From Centroscyllium fabricii (taxonomy: Eukaryota), in assembly GCA_051313645.2 (NCBI GenBank), contig JBNRSN020000024.1:12710001-12774000 (forward strand): DNA of 64,000 bases, given 5' to 3'. Shown one piece after another: positions 37,961-48,597 of the stretch (positions are counted from its first letter, which is position 1; each line of letters opens with the position of its first letter). The notes below the pieces were generated by a model that made no database searches, was not told the origin of the DNA, and was given only the letters and a program-made list of their open reading frames with translations. The position numbers were made by a program, and so were the translations under genes.

Positions 37961-38336
37961 CAGGGAGGGACGAGGCCATGGAGGGATTTGAAAACAAGGA
38001 TGAGAGTTTTGAAATCGTGGCGCTGCTTAACCGGGAGCCAATGTAAGTCAGCGAGCAGAGGGGCGATGGGTGAACGGGACTTGGTGCGAGTTAGGACACG
38101 AGCAGCCGAGTTTTGGATGGCCTCAAGCTTATGTAGTGTAGAATGTGGGAGGCCAGCCAGGAGTGTGTTGGAATAGTCAAGTCTAGAGGTAACAAAGGCA
38201 TGGATGAGGGTTTCAAATGATGAGCTGAGGCAGGGGCGGAGACGTTAGATGTTAGAGGTGAAAGTAAGCGGAAATAACAACAGAAAATGCTGGAAATCCT
38301 CAGCAGGCCAGGCAGCATCCGTGGAGAGAGAAACAG

Positions 38337-38373
38337 AGTTAACGTTTCAGGTCTGGGACCCTTCATCAGAACT
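38337..38373 (-). ncRNA. Minimal type I hammerhead ribozyme motif, sense to LIG3 pre-mRNA
   Basis: Minus strand AGTT CTGATGA AGGGTC CCA GACCT GAAACGTT AACT, identical to 8763-8799. Confidence 0.7.
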
Positions 38374-38439
38374 GGAAAAAGCTGGAGATGTAACAGGTGC
38401 AGAGACGAGGCGGGGGGAGGGGTGGCTTAGGAGGGGAGT

Positions 38440-38825
38440 TAGGGAGTTAGCACTGTTGTCTCACAGCACTGGAGACCCGGGTTCAAATCCAGCCTCGGGT
38501 ACTATCTGTGTGGAGTTTGCACATTCTCCCCGTGTCTGCGTGGGTTTCCTCCGGGTGCTCCGGTTTCCTCCCACAGTCCAAAGATGTGCGGGTTAGGTTG
38601 ATTGGCCATGATAAATTGACCCTTAGTGTTAGGGGGATTGAATATGTGGGGTTACGGGGATAGGGTGGGATATGTGTCGGTGCAGGCTCGATAGGGATCG
38701 AGGGATATGGGGAGAGGGCAGGGGCAGGGTACTGGGTTTGGATGATCAGCCATGATCTCATTGAATGGCGGAGCAGGCTTGAAGGGCCGAATGGCCTACT
38801 CCTGCTCCTAGTTTCTATGTTTCTA
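38440..38825 (+). mobile_element. HE1-type V-SINE inserted in Penelope
   Basis: B-box gggttcaaatcc, V-domain and CR1-type tail; inverted relative to 37571-37960. Confidence 0.88.
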
Positions 38826-41461
38826 ACATGCTGTGCTTATGTAAGAGGCAGGAAAGATAAAATGTTGCAAATGGGAATGGCAAAATAATACAGCATGAAA
38901 AATGGGGGCAGGGATTATTATCTGAAATTGTTGAACTCGATGTTGAGCCCGGAAGGCTGTAAAGTGCCTAATCAAAAGACGAGGTGCTGTTCCTGGAGTT
39001 TACGTTGAGCTTCATTGCAACAATGTAATAGGCCAAGGACAGAGAGATCAGAGTGGGAGTGAAGCAGAGAATTAAAGTGACAGGCGACCGGAAGTTCAGG
39101 GTCACCCTTACAGATGTGTTCCGCAAAGCAGTTGCCCAATCTGCGTTTGGTCTTCCCAATATAGAGGAGACCACATCGTGAGCAGCGGATGCAGTATATT
39201 AAATTGCAAGTACAACAAGTAAATTGCTGTTTTGCCTGGAAGGGGTGTTTGGGGCCCTGGACAGTGGGAAGGGAGGAGGTAAAAGGGCAGGTGTTGCATC
39301 TCCTGCTCTTGCACAGGAAGGTGCCGGGCGAAGGGGAAGGGCTGTTCGGGGCGATTGAGGAGTGGACCAGGGTGTCGGGGAGGGAGCGGTCCCTTCGGAA
39401 TGCTGAAAGGGGAGGGGAAGATGTGTTTGGTGGTGGGATCACGCTGGAGGTGGCGGAAATGGCGGAGGATGATCTGTTGGATGTGGAGACTGGTGGGGTG
39501 AAAGGTGAGGACAAGGGGTTCTGGAGGGAGGGGAAGGGGCGAGAGCAGAAGTGCGGGGAATAGAACGGACACGGATGAGGGCCGTGTCAACCACAGTAGT
39601 GGGAACCCTCGGTTAAGGAAAAAGGAAGACATGTCGGAAGCAGAAGGTGGCATCGTCAGAACAGAGACGGAGAAACTGGGGGGAATGGAATAGAGTCCTT
39701 ACAGGAAGCAGGGTGGGAGGAAGTGTAGTCCGGGTAGTTGTGGGAGTCAGTGGGCTTGTAGTGGATGTTTGTCAAAAGCAGATCGCCAGAAATGGAGACG
39801 GAGAAGTCAAGGAAGGGATGGGAAGAGTCGGAGATGGACCATGTGAAGGTGAGGGAAGGGTGGAAATTGGAAGCAAATTGAATGAAATTTTCTAGTTCAG
39901 GGTAAGAGCAGGAAATGGCACCAATACAGTCATCGATGTACTGGAAAAAGAGGTGAGGGAGGGGACCAGAGTAGGACTGGAACAAAGAATGTTCCACATA
40001 TCCATGAACAGGCAGGCATAGCTGGGGCCCATGCGGGTTCCCATAGCAACACCTTTAATTTGGAAGAAGTGAGTGGAGTCAGAGGAGAAGTTGCTCAATG
40101 TGAGAACAAGTTCAGCCAGGCGGAGGAGGGAGACTGGTTGGGCCTCTGTTCAAGGAAGAAGCGGAGCGCCCTCGAGCCGTCTTGGTGGGGGATGGAGGTG
40201 TAAAGGGATTGGACGTCCATCGTGAAAGGGAGATGGTTGGGGCCAGGAAACTGGAAACTGTTAAAGTGACGGAGGGCGTCGGAAGAGTCGCGGATGTAGG
40301 TGGGGAGTCGAGATAGGAAGAGATACGTTCCGTGGGGCAAGAACAGGCTGAAACGATGGGTCTACCAGGACGGTCTTATTTATGGATCTTGGGAAGGAGG
40401 TAGAAGCGGGCTGTGCGGACTTGGAGGACTATGAGGTTGGCGGCCGCAGGGGGAATATCTCCAGAGGAGATGAAGTCAGTGACAGTCTTGGAAACAATGG
40501 CCTGATGTTTGCTAGTGGGGGGTCATGGTCCAGGCGGAGGTGTCGGAGAGTTGGCGTTCAGCTTCCGCACGGTCTAGTTCGGTTCACCAAACAACAGCAC
40601 CACCGTTATCAACAGGTTTAATGATAATATTAGGGTTGGTCGGAGAGAACGGAGTGCTGCAAGTTCAGAGGGAGATAGGTTGGAGTGAGAGAAGGGAGCA
40701 GAGAAATTGAGACGGCCGATGTCACGCTGGCAGTTAGCAATTAAAAGATCCAGAGCAAGTAAGAGGCCTGAGGGAGGGGTCCAAGTAGAACGAGAATTTT
40801 GAAAGCAGGAGAAAGAGAAAGTGGAAGTAAGTGGTCTTTGTAATGCTGCGGACATGTGGTCGGCAGCTCATTTCAGGGTCAAATATGAGGCCAAGGTTGC
40901 GAACAGTGTGTTTCAGCCTCAGACAGATGTTAGGGAGCGGGATAGAGTCAGTGACTAGGGAACGGAGTTTGTGGCAGGGACCGAAAACAATTTTTTTTAA
41001 AAAGGGGTACTAAAAAAAAAGTCAATCGCATAATCAAACTTTTAAAATGTTATTTATAATTAGACAGCAATGATGACAGGAATGAGTTGGAACAGGCCAC
41101 TGAGCCCAACTGACCGATTAATGGCCAGCTAACATGTAGTTAGCATAGGTACAAGGTATCCAAGAGAATGCCCGGCACTTGACTCCCAAAGTTGTAGACA
41201 AACCTTCAAGCACGACGCCGGCCCGCCCTAAACCAGTACCGGTTCCGTCCCACCCCCACAACCCTTGTCCAGCACGGCCCACCCCCCCACTCCGGAACGT
41301 GCCTGTCGCACCTCCACCCTCACCTCCCCCCGCACCACCCTCAGCCAGCACGGCCACCACCCTCACCCATACTCAGCCGGCATGGCCCGCCCACCAGCGC
41401 GACCCCCTCCCCCTCGGCCAGCGCGCCCCATCCTCTGCGAGAATAGCTGCAGAGTAGACCG

Positions 41462-41524
41462 AACCATTAAAAAAAAAACTAACTGGACCAAGGAATGGTC
41501 CAGTTAGTTTTTTTTTTAATGGTT
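41462..41524. repeat. Perfect inverted repeat, 29-bp arms, 5-nt loop
   Basis: aaccattaaaaaaaaaactaactggacca-aggaa-tggtccagttagttttttttttaatggtt. Confidence 0.95.
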
Positions 41525-41663
41525 TGGTACCCCGATGGTCCAGCACTAACGCACCTGCAATGTCCTCGGAAGTTCTGCTAGTTGATTGATATACACATCA
41601 ACTCCCTAAGCTCATTCCTAACTCACACGAGCAGCATCTTGCACAATCTGCAATGTCATTTAC

Positions 41664-41810
41664 CTTGAGCTGAGGAAGACTGGTTGCAGTTAGCCAGTCT
41701 TTGTCGTCACGGATACGCGTGCACCGCGGGAACCGGATTGAGATGCCATCTGCAGAGTGGGCCTCCGATTTGGAGAATTCCGCTCCAGTGATTTCCCACA
41801 CTGGTGCTTT
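41664..41810 (-). CDS. LIG3: DNA ligase III exon (OB-fold, motif VI)
   Basis: KAPVWEITGAEFSKSEAHSADGISIRFPRCTRIRDDKDWLTATSLPQLK with AG/GT boundaries. Confidence 0.97.
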
Positions 41811-42133
41811 CTGAAAAATGAAAGAGAAAGCAGCGACTGCTGTGCGCATTACAACATTAGAATCAGAAAATAAATGGTCGTCTTCGGAGAGAGTGCGCAT
41901 GCGCGACGGGAACTTCGACAAATAATAGAAAAAGACTTTAACCAAACTGTCATACAGAATACTCCTGAATCAGGCCTAGAGGACAGGGAACACGTCAAAT
42001 CAAAAAACATGGCCGCCACTTGGATGTGCCAAGTGACTGAATGACAGGGCTGTCTCATCCAATATTGAAGGACATCATTCATGTGAGGGGACTCTATGGC
42101 AATACCCAATGTAGAAACAGTTTGTAAACCTAC

Positions 42134-42208
42134 CTTTGGATCTCTGATGATAAAGTCAGGTGTGTAGTTCTTACTGACATTTAGCCAAGCTGGCACCTTG
42201 CCTGGATC
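42134..42208 (-). CDS. LIG3: DNA ligase III exon
   Basis: DPGKVPAWLNVSKNYTPDFIIRDPK, 75 nt, AG/GT. Confidence 0.95.
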
Positions 42209-42289
42209 CTGCACCAAAAGAACATTTATTTAAGCAGTCATACCAAGAATCAATTTCGTTTTTTGGATTTTATAAAAGCTTAAATAATT

Positions 42290-42640
42290 CTGAAACAGTG
42301 AAAAGAACATAGATAGGGTAGATAGAAAGGAACCTTTTCTCTTGGTAGAGGGGTCAATAACCAGAGGGCAGTTTCAAGATAAGGGGCAGGAGATTTAGAG
42401 GGGATTTGAGGAAGAACGTTTTCACCCAGAGGGTGGTTGGAGTCTGGAACTCGCTGCCTGAAAGGGTGGTGGAGGCAGGAACCCTCACAACATTCAAGAA
42501 GCATTTAGATGAGCACTTGAAATGCCATAGCATACAAGGCTACGGACCAAGTGCTGGAAAATGGGATTCGATTAGACAGGGCTTGATGGCCGGCGCGGAC
42601 ACGATGGGCCTCTTTCTAGGACTCTATGACTATGACTCTA
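42290..42640 (+). mobile_element. CR1 3' fragment with (CTATGA)n-like tail
   Basis: RKNVFTQRVVGVWNSLP; tail ctctatgactatgactcta. Confidence 0.8.
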
Positions 42641-42671
42641 TAACGGTGAGCAATTGGAAAGGTCGCATTAC

Positions 42672-42814
42672 CTTGCTTATTTTCACCATATCCAGTTCAT
42701 TCTGTAATCGCGCCAATGTTGCATCGTCATGGCCACCTGCACACTTGGTCACTGTGCACCACTGCAAAGAGTCGGGATCGTAGCAGCCCATCAAGAAAAT
42801 GGACATCATCCCAC
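42672..42814 (-). CDS. LIG3: DNA ligase III exon
   Basis: GMMSIFLMGCYDPDSLQWCTVTKCAGGHDDATLARLQNELDMVKISK, AG/GT. Confidence 0.97.
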
Positions 42815-44036
42815 CTGAAACCAGACCGAGGAACCCATCAACTCCACAGACCCTCAGTTACCCATATACCGGGGCAGAACTTTTAAAGGTGGGAACATTA
42901 AACAGATGATGGGTGGGGGTAGCAGGACAAGGGAAAAGCAGAACTATTCCCTCACCTTGGAGAAGCTCCTAAGAGGTAGCGGGACAATTTCAAGATGCAT
43001 TACCACTTGGACAGAACTCATGACAAAGCTATTATTTGGTCCGCATTAATTAGAATAGTGTGGTTCCCTCAAAAAGATCAATCGTATTGCTCAAATGTTG
43101 TGGTACTCAGCCTTGGAGACTAGGAAAGTCCCAAGCCTGAATCCTGGCCTCTGCAGAGTTTGCTGATTTCTACCAGGCAGATGTGCTGATGTTAAAATTG
43201 GCTCCAGCTGAATCAGGGAAGGAGGGGGGGGGGGGAAAAGTATAAAACCACCCACTTGTGATTGCTGCTGAGTGACTCCTGTCGGAAAGTGCTGTGTGTT
43301 TGTGAATTTTGAATATGAATTGTATTGGGTCGTCTGTGATAGCCCCCAAAGTTGAATAATCTGCCGGCCTTCATGTCTAGTGTCACAAGATAATGGCCAC
43401 TTGAGTAAGGTACCCAAGAACAGTCGGTACTATTGATCCTAGAGCGAGTCAGCAGCAGATGGTTTTGGGGAACAGGGAGGAATGTTGGGGGGGGGGGGGG
43501 GGGGCGCAAGAGGAGAAAACACAAGAAAAAAAAGTAAATCATGACAGCTGGAAGGAAAGTAGCCATGTTGGTGGGGGCCAAGTACGAGGGAGACACAAGA
43601 TTGTCTCAAACTTACTGGGTTACAAAATAACATGCGAAAAACTGCAAATCTGGCACAAAAATAAATGTTCAGCATTTATCCGATGACAAATTATATTTCA
43701 TTTTATTTTTACTTCTACTCTTGTTTCCAAAAGACTACACACTAAGCTCCTCAACACAGCACCCTCAGATATACAACTTCATTTGTAAGACACGGTACTT
43801 GTGGCTCCCTCGTAAAGGTGTTTTCTTATTACACAAATTCCTCCCACACTAACACTCCACTTCCTTACTATAGAGCCTGTGCATCCGATTAGACCTTTAG
43901 TAGCAAGTTGTTTTGGGGTGGCTCCGGAAGACAGCATTGTGGACAATCTAACCATACAGCTTATAGATCTGGAGCAGAAACCTGTAAAGCAGCATGCCAG
44001 AGTAACTAGCCGATTTCACGCAAGTGTCAGTGTTAC

Positions 44037-44160
44037 CTTTATTCCCTTGCCCGTAGAACGCTCCCAGCACAGCCAGGTCCGCAGTATCAGCCATTGCACC
44101 TTCATTGAGATAGTCTTTCTTTACTTTCAGCCAATGACGTTTGCCCGGTTCATACAGACT
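44037..44160 (-). CDS. LIG3: DNA ligase III exon (motif V)
   Basis: SLYEPGKRHWLKVKKDYLNEGAMADTADLAVLGAFYGQGNK, AG/GT. Confidence 0.97.
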
Positions 44161-44969
44161 CTATAGATGGAAAACAAGCTCAGTAACTGGTCAGAACATT
44201 TATGTAGGATAGCTGCAATAAAGTAAAAATATTTTTAAAACAAACTTTGTTATATCAACTTATTTCAAAACCTCTTGAATATGCACGTTAGAGGCCCTGT
44301 AACTACAATGCTGCAGCAAATGACTGCTCAACTAGGATAGTGGAGTCCTCACTCCATTCACATTTCCTGACATAGAACTTTTAAAAAAGTCTTGTATTTA
44401 TACAGCGCCTTTGATGACCTCAGGACATCCCAAAGTGCATTACAGCCAATGAAGTACTCTTGAAGTGTAGTCACTGTTGTAATATAGAAAACGCGGCAGC
44501 CAATTTGCGCACAGCAAAGTCCCACAAACAGCTGTGTGATAATGACAAGATAATCTGTTTTAGTGATGTTGGTTAAGGCCCTGTCACACCTAGACGTTTT
44601 AGCCAGCCTATGCAAATGAGTCTAAAACGCTAAACTTTTGACACTTTGTTCAATTTTTGCGGTTTAGTAGCGTATTCATAACGTATGCCCAACGATAGTC
44701 TAACGTATGCATAGCGCGCGGCAGCGTATCGCCAAAGATCACGTGGTGTAGACTTTTCAAAGGCTGCCATTGGACGATTCAAATCATACCACTACAGATT
44801 TAATAAAAGTTGAGCAAACTGTTGATGTTTGCTGATTTTATTGCTTTAATATTTAAATCATTACAACAATAATTAACAATAATAAATTCAATCACTTTGA
44901 AAAAGGTATAATAATATAATGTACATGTATATTGAAAAGTGGATAACTGTAAAAAAGGCATTAGGATGT

Positions 44970-45240
44970 TCATTTCAGGAGGAAAGTCTCTTTATTGCCT
45001 GAACAATGCTGTAATACAAAAAACGAAATCATCCTATCTTGCCACGGAACTGCGCCAGCTGTGGAGTTAACCCAGTGCTTGAGGAGATTCCTCTGTTTCC
45101 TTCCTTCCTTGGAGGCAGTGTTGGGGCCAGTAGCTGTCTGTGTATCCTCCAACTGATGTCCCTTTCGCCATGCTCCTGGAACAAGGTCGCGGTTCTCATT
45201 TTCTGCCTGGTCAAGCTGCTGGTTCTGCAGTCCTGGGTAC
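44970..45240 (-). CDS. Harbinger transposase, exon 2 (after 183-bp AT-rich intron 45241-45423)
   Basis: ttccag|G YPGLQNQQLD...VPGAWR...RNLLKHWVNSTAGAVPWQDRMI...*. The phase matches exon 1, giving a 453-aa product. Confidence 0.8.
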
Positions 45241-45423
45241 CTGGAATTTGAATTTGATTTTATTTACTTATAAAGTGCACCTATAATGAAAACATATATT
45301 CTAATGCGCTGTACATTAAAAAGTAATATAATGATACATGTAAAATTTAAATTAAATCATATAATGTTTATAAGCATAGGCTAAAAGTTAAATTTCATTG
45401 TATACTGTATAATATATAATTAC

Positions 45424-46514
45424 CTGGTCCTCATGAGGTTGTGCAGGATCAAGCATGCTTTGACAATGAGCTTGACAGTGGAGGGGTGATGCTGCATGGT
45501 ACTTAGCAGAACCTGGAATCTGTTAGCCAGGATGCCGAATGCATTTTCTACTACCCTTCTTGCTCGGCTAAGCCTGTAGTTGAAGATGCGTTCTTCATTC
45601 GTCATTCCACGGAGGCTGAATGGCTTCATCATGGTTGGTCGTAAGGCGAAGGCATCGTCACCGATGAAGAAGTAAGGCACGTCCTGGTTGTCGTAGGGAA
45701 GAGGCTCAGGGTCAGTGAAACCAAGGGGACTGTCTTCAGCGCATTGCTTTAGCTCAGAGCTATTGTATATCTGCGCATCTGATGCAGATCCAGTACCGCC
45801 GACATCTGCCCAAATAAATTTGTAGTCTGCATCTACAAGCGCCATCAGAACAATGGAGTAGAATCCTTTGTAATTGTAGTACTGTGACCCAGTCTTTGGA
45901 GGACAGCGGCAGGCCACGTGCTTCCCGTCAAGTGCCCCACATGTATGGGGAAAGTTCCATCTTTGGAAGAACTTGTCAGCTATGGCGCGCCAACCATCAG
46001 GAGTAGTTGGGCAAACCATCACCTCATCCACGTATTCGTCAATAATGGCTTGACAGACTTCTCTGACCACTATGGACTGGGTGTTGTGAGGGACCCTCCA
46101 TGCGAACTTCATCGAGGCATACTTGTTTCCAGAGGCAAGGTGACGCAAAGTCAGTGCCAGCTTCATGCCAGGCTCAAGCGGATCCCTGCAGAAGGTGTAC
46201 TGCTTGGTTATCCTTGGACCCACTCTGGCTAGCAGCTCGTCGAACATCGCTGGGGGCATACGCAGGAAGTTGGTGAAGGATGCATGGTCCTCGTTACGGA
46301 GTTCCACCATGAGCTGGTCATACATGCCAAACTGCCGTCGCCTCCCGATCCATGGTCTCACCCAGTTCCTTCTCCTCCGTTCAGCTAATCTTCTCTTGGC
46401 TCTATTGGCACGCCTCTGGTACAGTGCAAAATCGAAGAGTGCTTGTTGATGTTGGAGGACAGCTAGTAGTAATTCTCGTCTTCCCGGATCCTCCATCTCT
46501 TGGATAATGGACAT
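45424..46514 (-). CDS. Harbinger transposase (HARBI1-like DDE), exon 1
   Basis: ATG at 46514. LTLRHLASG, GALDGKHV, YYNYKGFYSIVLMALVDA, FIGDDAF, YRLSRARRVVENAFG, ILHN; ends at donor AG|GTAATT. Confidence 0.9.
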
Positions 46515-46537
46515 CTGCTCACCACGTCGTCTGGAAC

Positions 46538-46574
46538 ACTGACTGGTTCCTCCTGTGAAACCCCTTTTTATATA
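46538..46574 (-). promoter_or_regulatory. TATA box + initiator-like TCAGT for the transposase
   Basis: Minus strand TATATAAAAA (46565-46574) with TCAGT about 30 nt downstream and just 5' of the ATG. Confidence 0.55.
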
Positions 46575-47295
46575 CCAAATTCCCAACGCTGCCAGTACGC
46601 CATTATACGTTAGCTGTAAGTTAGAAACACGTTCAGTAAGGTCTGTGGTCGTCCGCAAGACGTCAAATACGTCTACATACGTCAATATGCGTTGGAGATA
46701 CGTTACGCATAAGTTCAAAGCACGTTACTCATAGGTTAGACATAAGTTCCTGGAAAAATAGGCATTATTTCGACGTATTATGACGTATGACTAAAGTGTG
46801 TCAACGATCGCCTAACGTGCCTGCAACGTATGTTCAGCGTATGCTGAGCGTATAAATAGTTACATTTATACGTCGTGATTTTTTGTGCATGCACAAAAAA
46901 TCACGACTTAAACAGCTTATGCCCAGCGTATGACAGCGTGCTCTTACCGTATGCATAACGTACCCATAACTTGTCCAACGTATACCAGCGTATCGGCCAA
47001 ATTTGCATACGCAAACTAAAACGTCAAGGTGTGACAGGGCCTTTAAGGGATAAATATTGGCCAGGACCCTAGAGAGAACTCCCCTGCTCTTCTTTCAACT
47101 AGTACCATGGAATCTTGTACGTCCACCAAAGAGGGCAGATGGGGCCTCAGTTGAACGTTGCATTCCAAAGACGGCACCTCCGACAGGGCAGCACTCCCTC
47201 AGTACTGCAGTGTCAGCCAAGGTTTTGTGCTCAAATCCCTGGAGTGGGGCTTGAGCCAACAACTTTTTGACTCAGAGGAGAGAGTGCTACCACTG

Positions 47296-48597
47296 AGATC
47301 TGTGACCTCATGGCCCGGCATATCCCTCACTCTACCATTACCATCAAGCCGGGAGATCAACCCTGGTTTAGCGAAGAGTGCAGGAGAGCATGCCGGGAAC
47401 AGCACCAGGCATACCGAAAAATGAGGTGTCAACCTGGTGAGGCTACAACACAGGACTACTTGCATGCCAAACAACAGAAGCAACATGCGATAGGCAGTGC
47501 TAAGCGATCTCACAACCATCGGATCAAATCAAAGCTCTGCAGTCCTGCCACATCCAGTCGTGAGTGGTGGTGGACTATTAAACAGCTAACAGGAGGAGGA
47601 GGCTCCAAAAGTATCCCCATCCTCAACGATGGTGGAGCCCAGCACGGGAGTGCAAAAGACAAGGCTGAAGCATTTGCAACTATCTTCAGCCAGAAATGCC
47701 GAGTGGATGATCCATCTCGGCGTCCTCCTGAGGTCCCCAGCATCACAGATGCCAGTCTTCAGCCCATTCAATTCACTCCACGTGATGACAAGAAACGGCT
47801 GAAGACACTGGATACTGCAAAGGCTAAGGGCCCTGACAACATTCTGGCAATAGTACTGAAGACTTGTGCTCCAGAACTAGCTGCGCCCCTAGCCAAGCTG
47901 TTCCAGTACAGCTACAACACTGGCATCTACCCAGCAATGTGGAAAATTGCCCAAGTATGTCCTGTCTACAAAAAGCAGGACAAATCCGACCCGGCCAATT
48001 ACCGTCCCATCAGTCTACTCTCAATCATCAGCAAAGTGATGGAAGGTGTCGTCAACAGTGCTATCAAGCGGCACTTACTCAGCAATAACCTGCTAACTGA
48101 CGCCCAGTTTGGGTTCCGCCAGGGCCACTCGGTTCCTGACCTCATTACAGCCTTGGTCCAAACATGGACAATAGAGCTGAACTCAAGAGGTGAGGAGAGA
48201 GTGACTGAAATCCTGGAACTCCCTTCCTAACAACATTGTGGGTGTACCTACACCATATGGACTGCAGCGGTTCAAGAAGGTGGCTCAACATCGGAGAGGA
48301 ATTTCCCAGATTTTTTCTCCCAAATTGGCTACTGGGTTTTTTATCTGGTTTTTCGCCTCTCCCGGGTGATCACATGTGTTTGGGTGGGATGGAAAGTTAA
48401 AATAAAATTGAGGTTAGGATCAGATCAGCCATGATCTTGTTGAATGGCGGAGCAGGCTCGAGGGGCCGATTGGCCTACTCCTGCTCCTATTTCTTATGTT
48501 CTTATGTTCTCAAGGGCAATTAGGGATGGGCACTAAATGCAGGCCTAGCCAGCCAGCGACGCCCACATCCCATCAATGAATTAAAAAAAAAAAAAAA
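47296..48597 (+). mobile_element. Second copy of the 1-2255 LINE family with RT deleted and a CR1 tail inserted at ~48290-48506
   Basis: ORF 47310-48230 is nearly identical to 74-1096, then jumps to sequence homologous to ~2097; poly(A) tail. Confidence 0.88.

Larger units (their letters stand above)
38272..40820 (-). mobile_element. Penelope-like element (RT + GIY-YIG), degenerate 14-bp TSD
   Basis: FTMDVQSLYTSIPH, GVAMGTRMGPSYA, QYIDD, IYCIRCSRCGLLYIGKTKRRL. TSD gtgaaagtaagcgg (38258-38271) / gtggaagtaagtgg (40821-40834). Confidence 0.87.
37200..40990 (-). mobile_element. L2 LINE 3' portion (minus), split by HE1 SINE and Penelope insertions
   Basis: L2 tail aaaggcgctatataaatacaagg(tga)n at 37200-37240; ORF2 remnants at 37960-38270 and 40821-40990. 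Confidence 0.7.
44576..47042 (-). mobile_element. PIF/Harbinger DNA transposon, 2467 bp, TTA TSD
   Basis: TIRs AGGCCCTGTCACACCT(A/T)GACGTTTTAG; TTA at 44573-44575 and 47043-47045; encodes a transposase. Confidence 0.95.
44385..47285 (-). mobile_element. Deu-type SINE (minus) split by the Harbinger insertion
   Basis: Tail at 44385-44575 and head at 47043-47285 join as ...gttggTTAagggataaatattggcc..., homologous to 9530-9956. Confidence 0.75.

Noticed and set aside
46515-46718. N-terminal extension of ORF 45420-46718 in the ORF track
   Set aside because: It has a non-ATG start and runs through the TATA box and subterminal repeats. ATG 46514 is the plausible start, and the apparent stop at 45420 is intronic.
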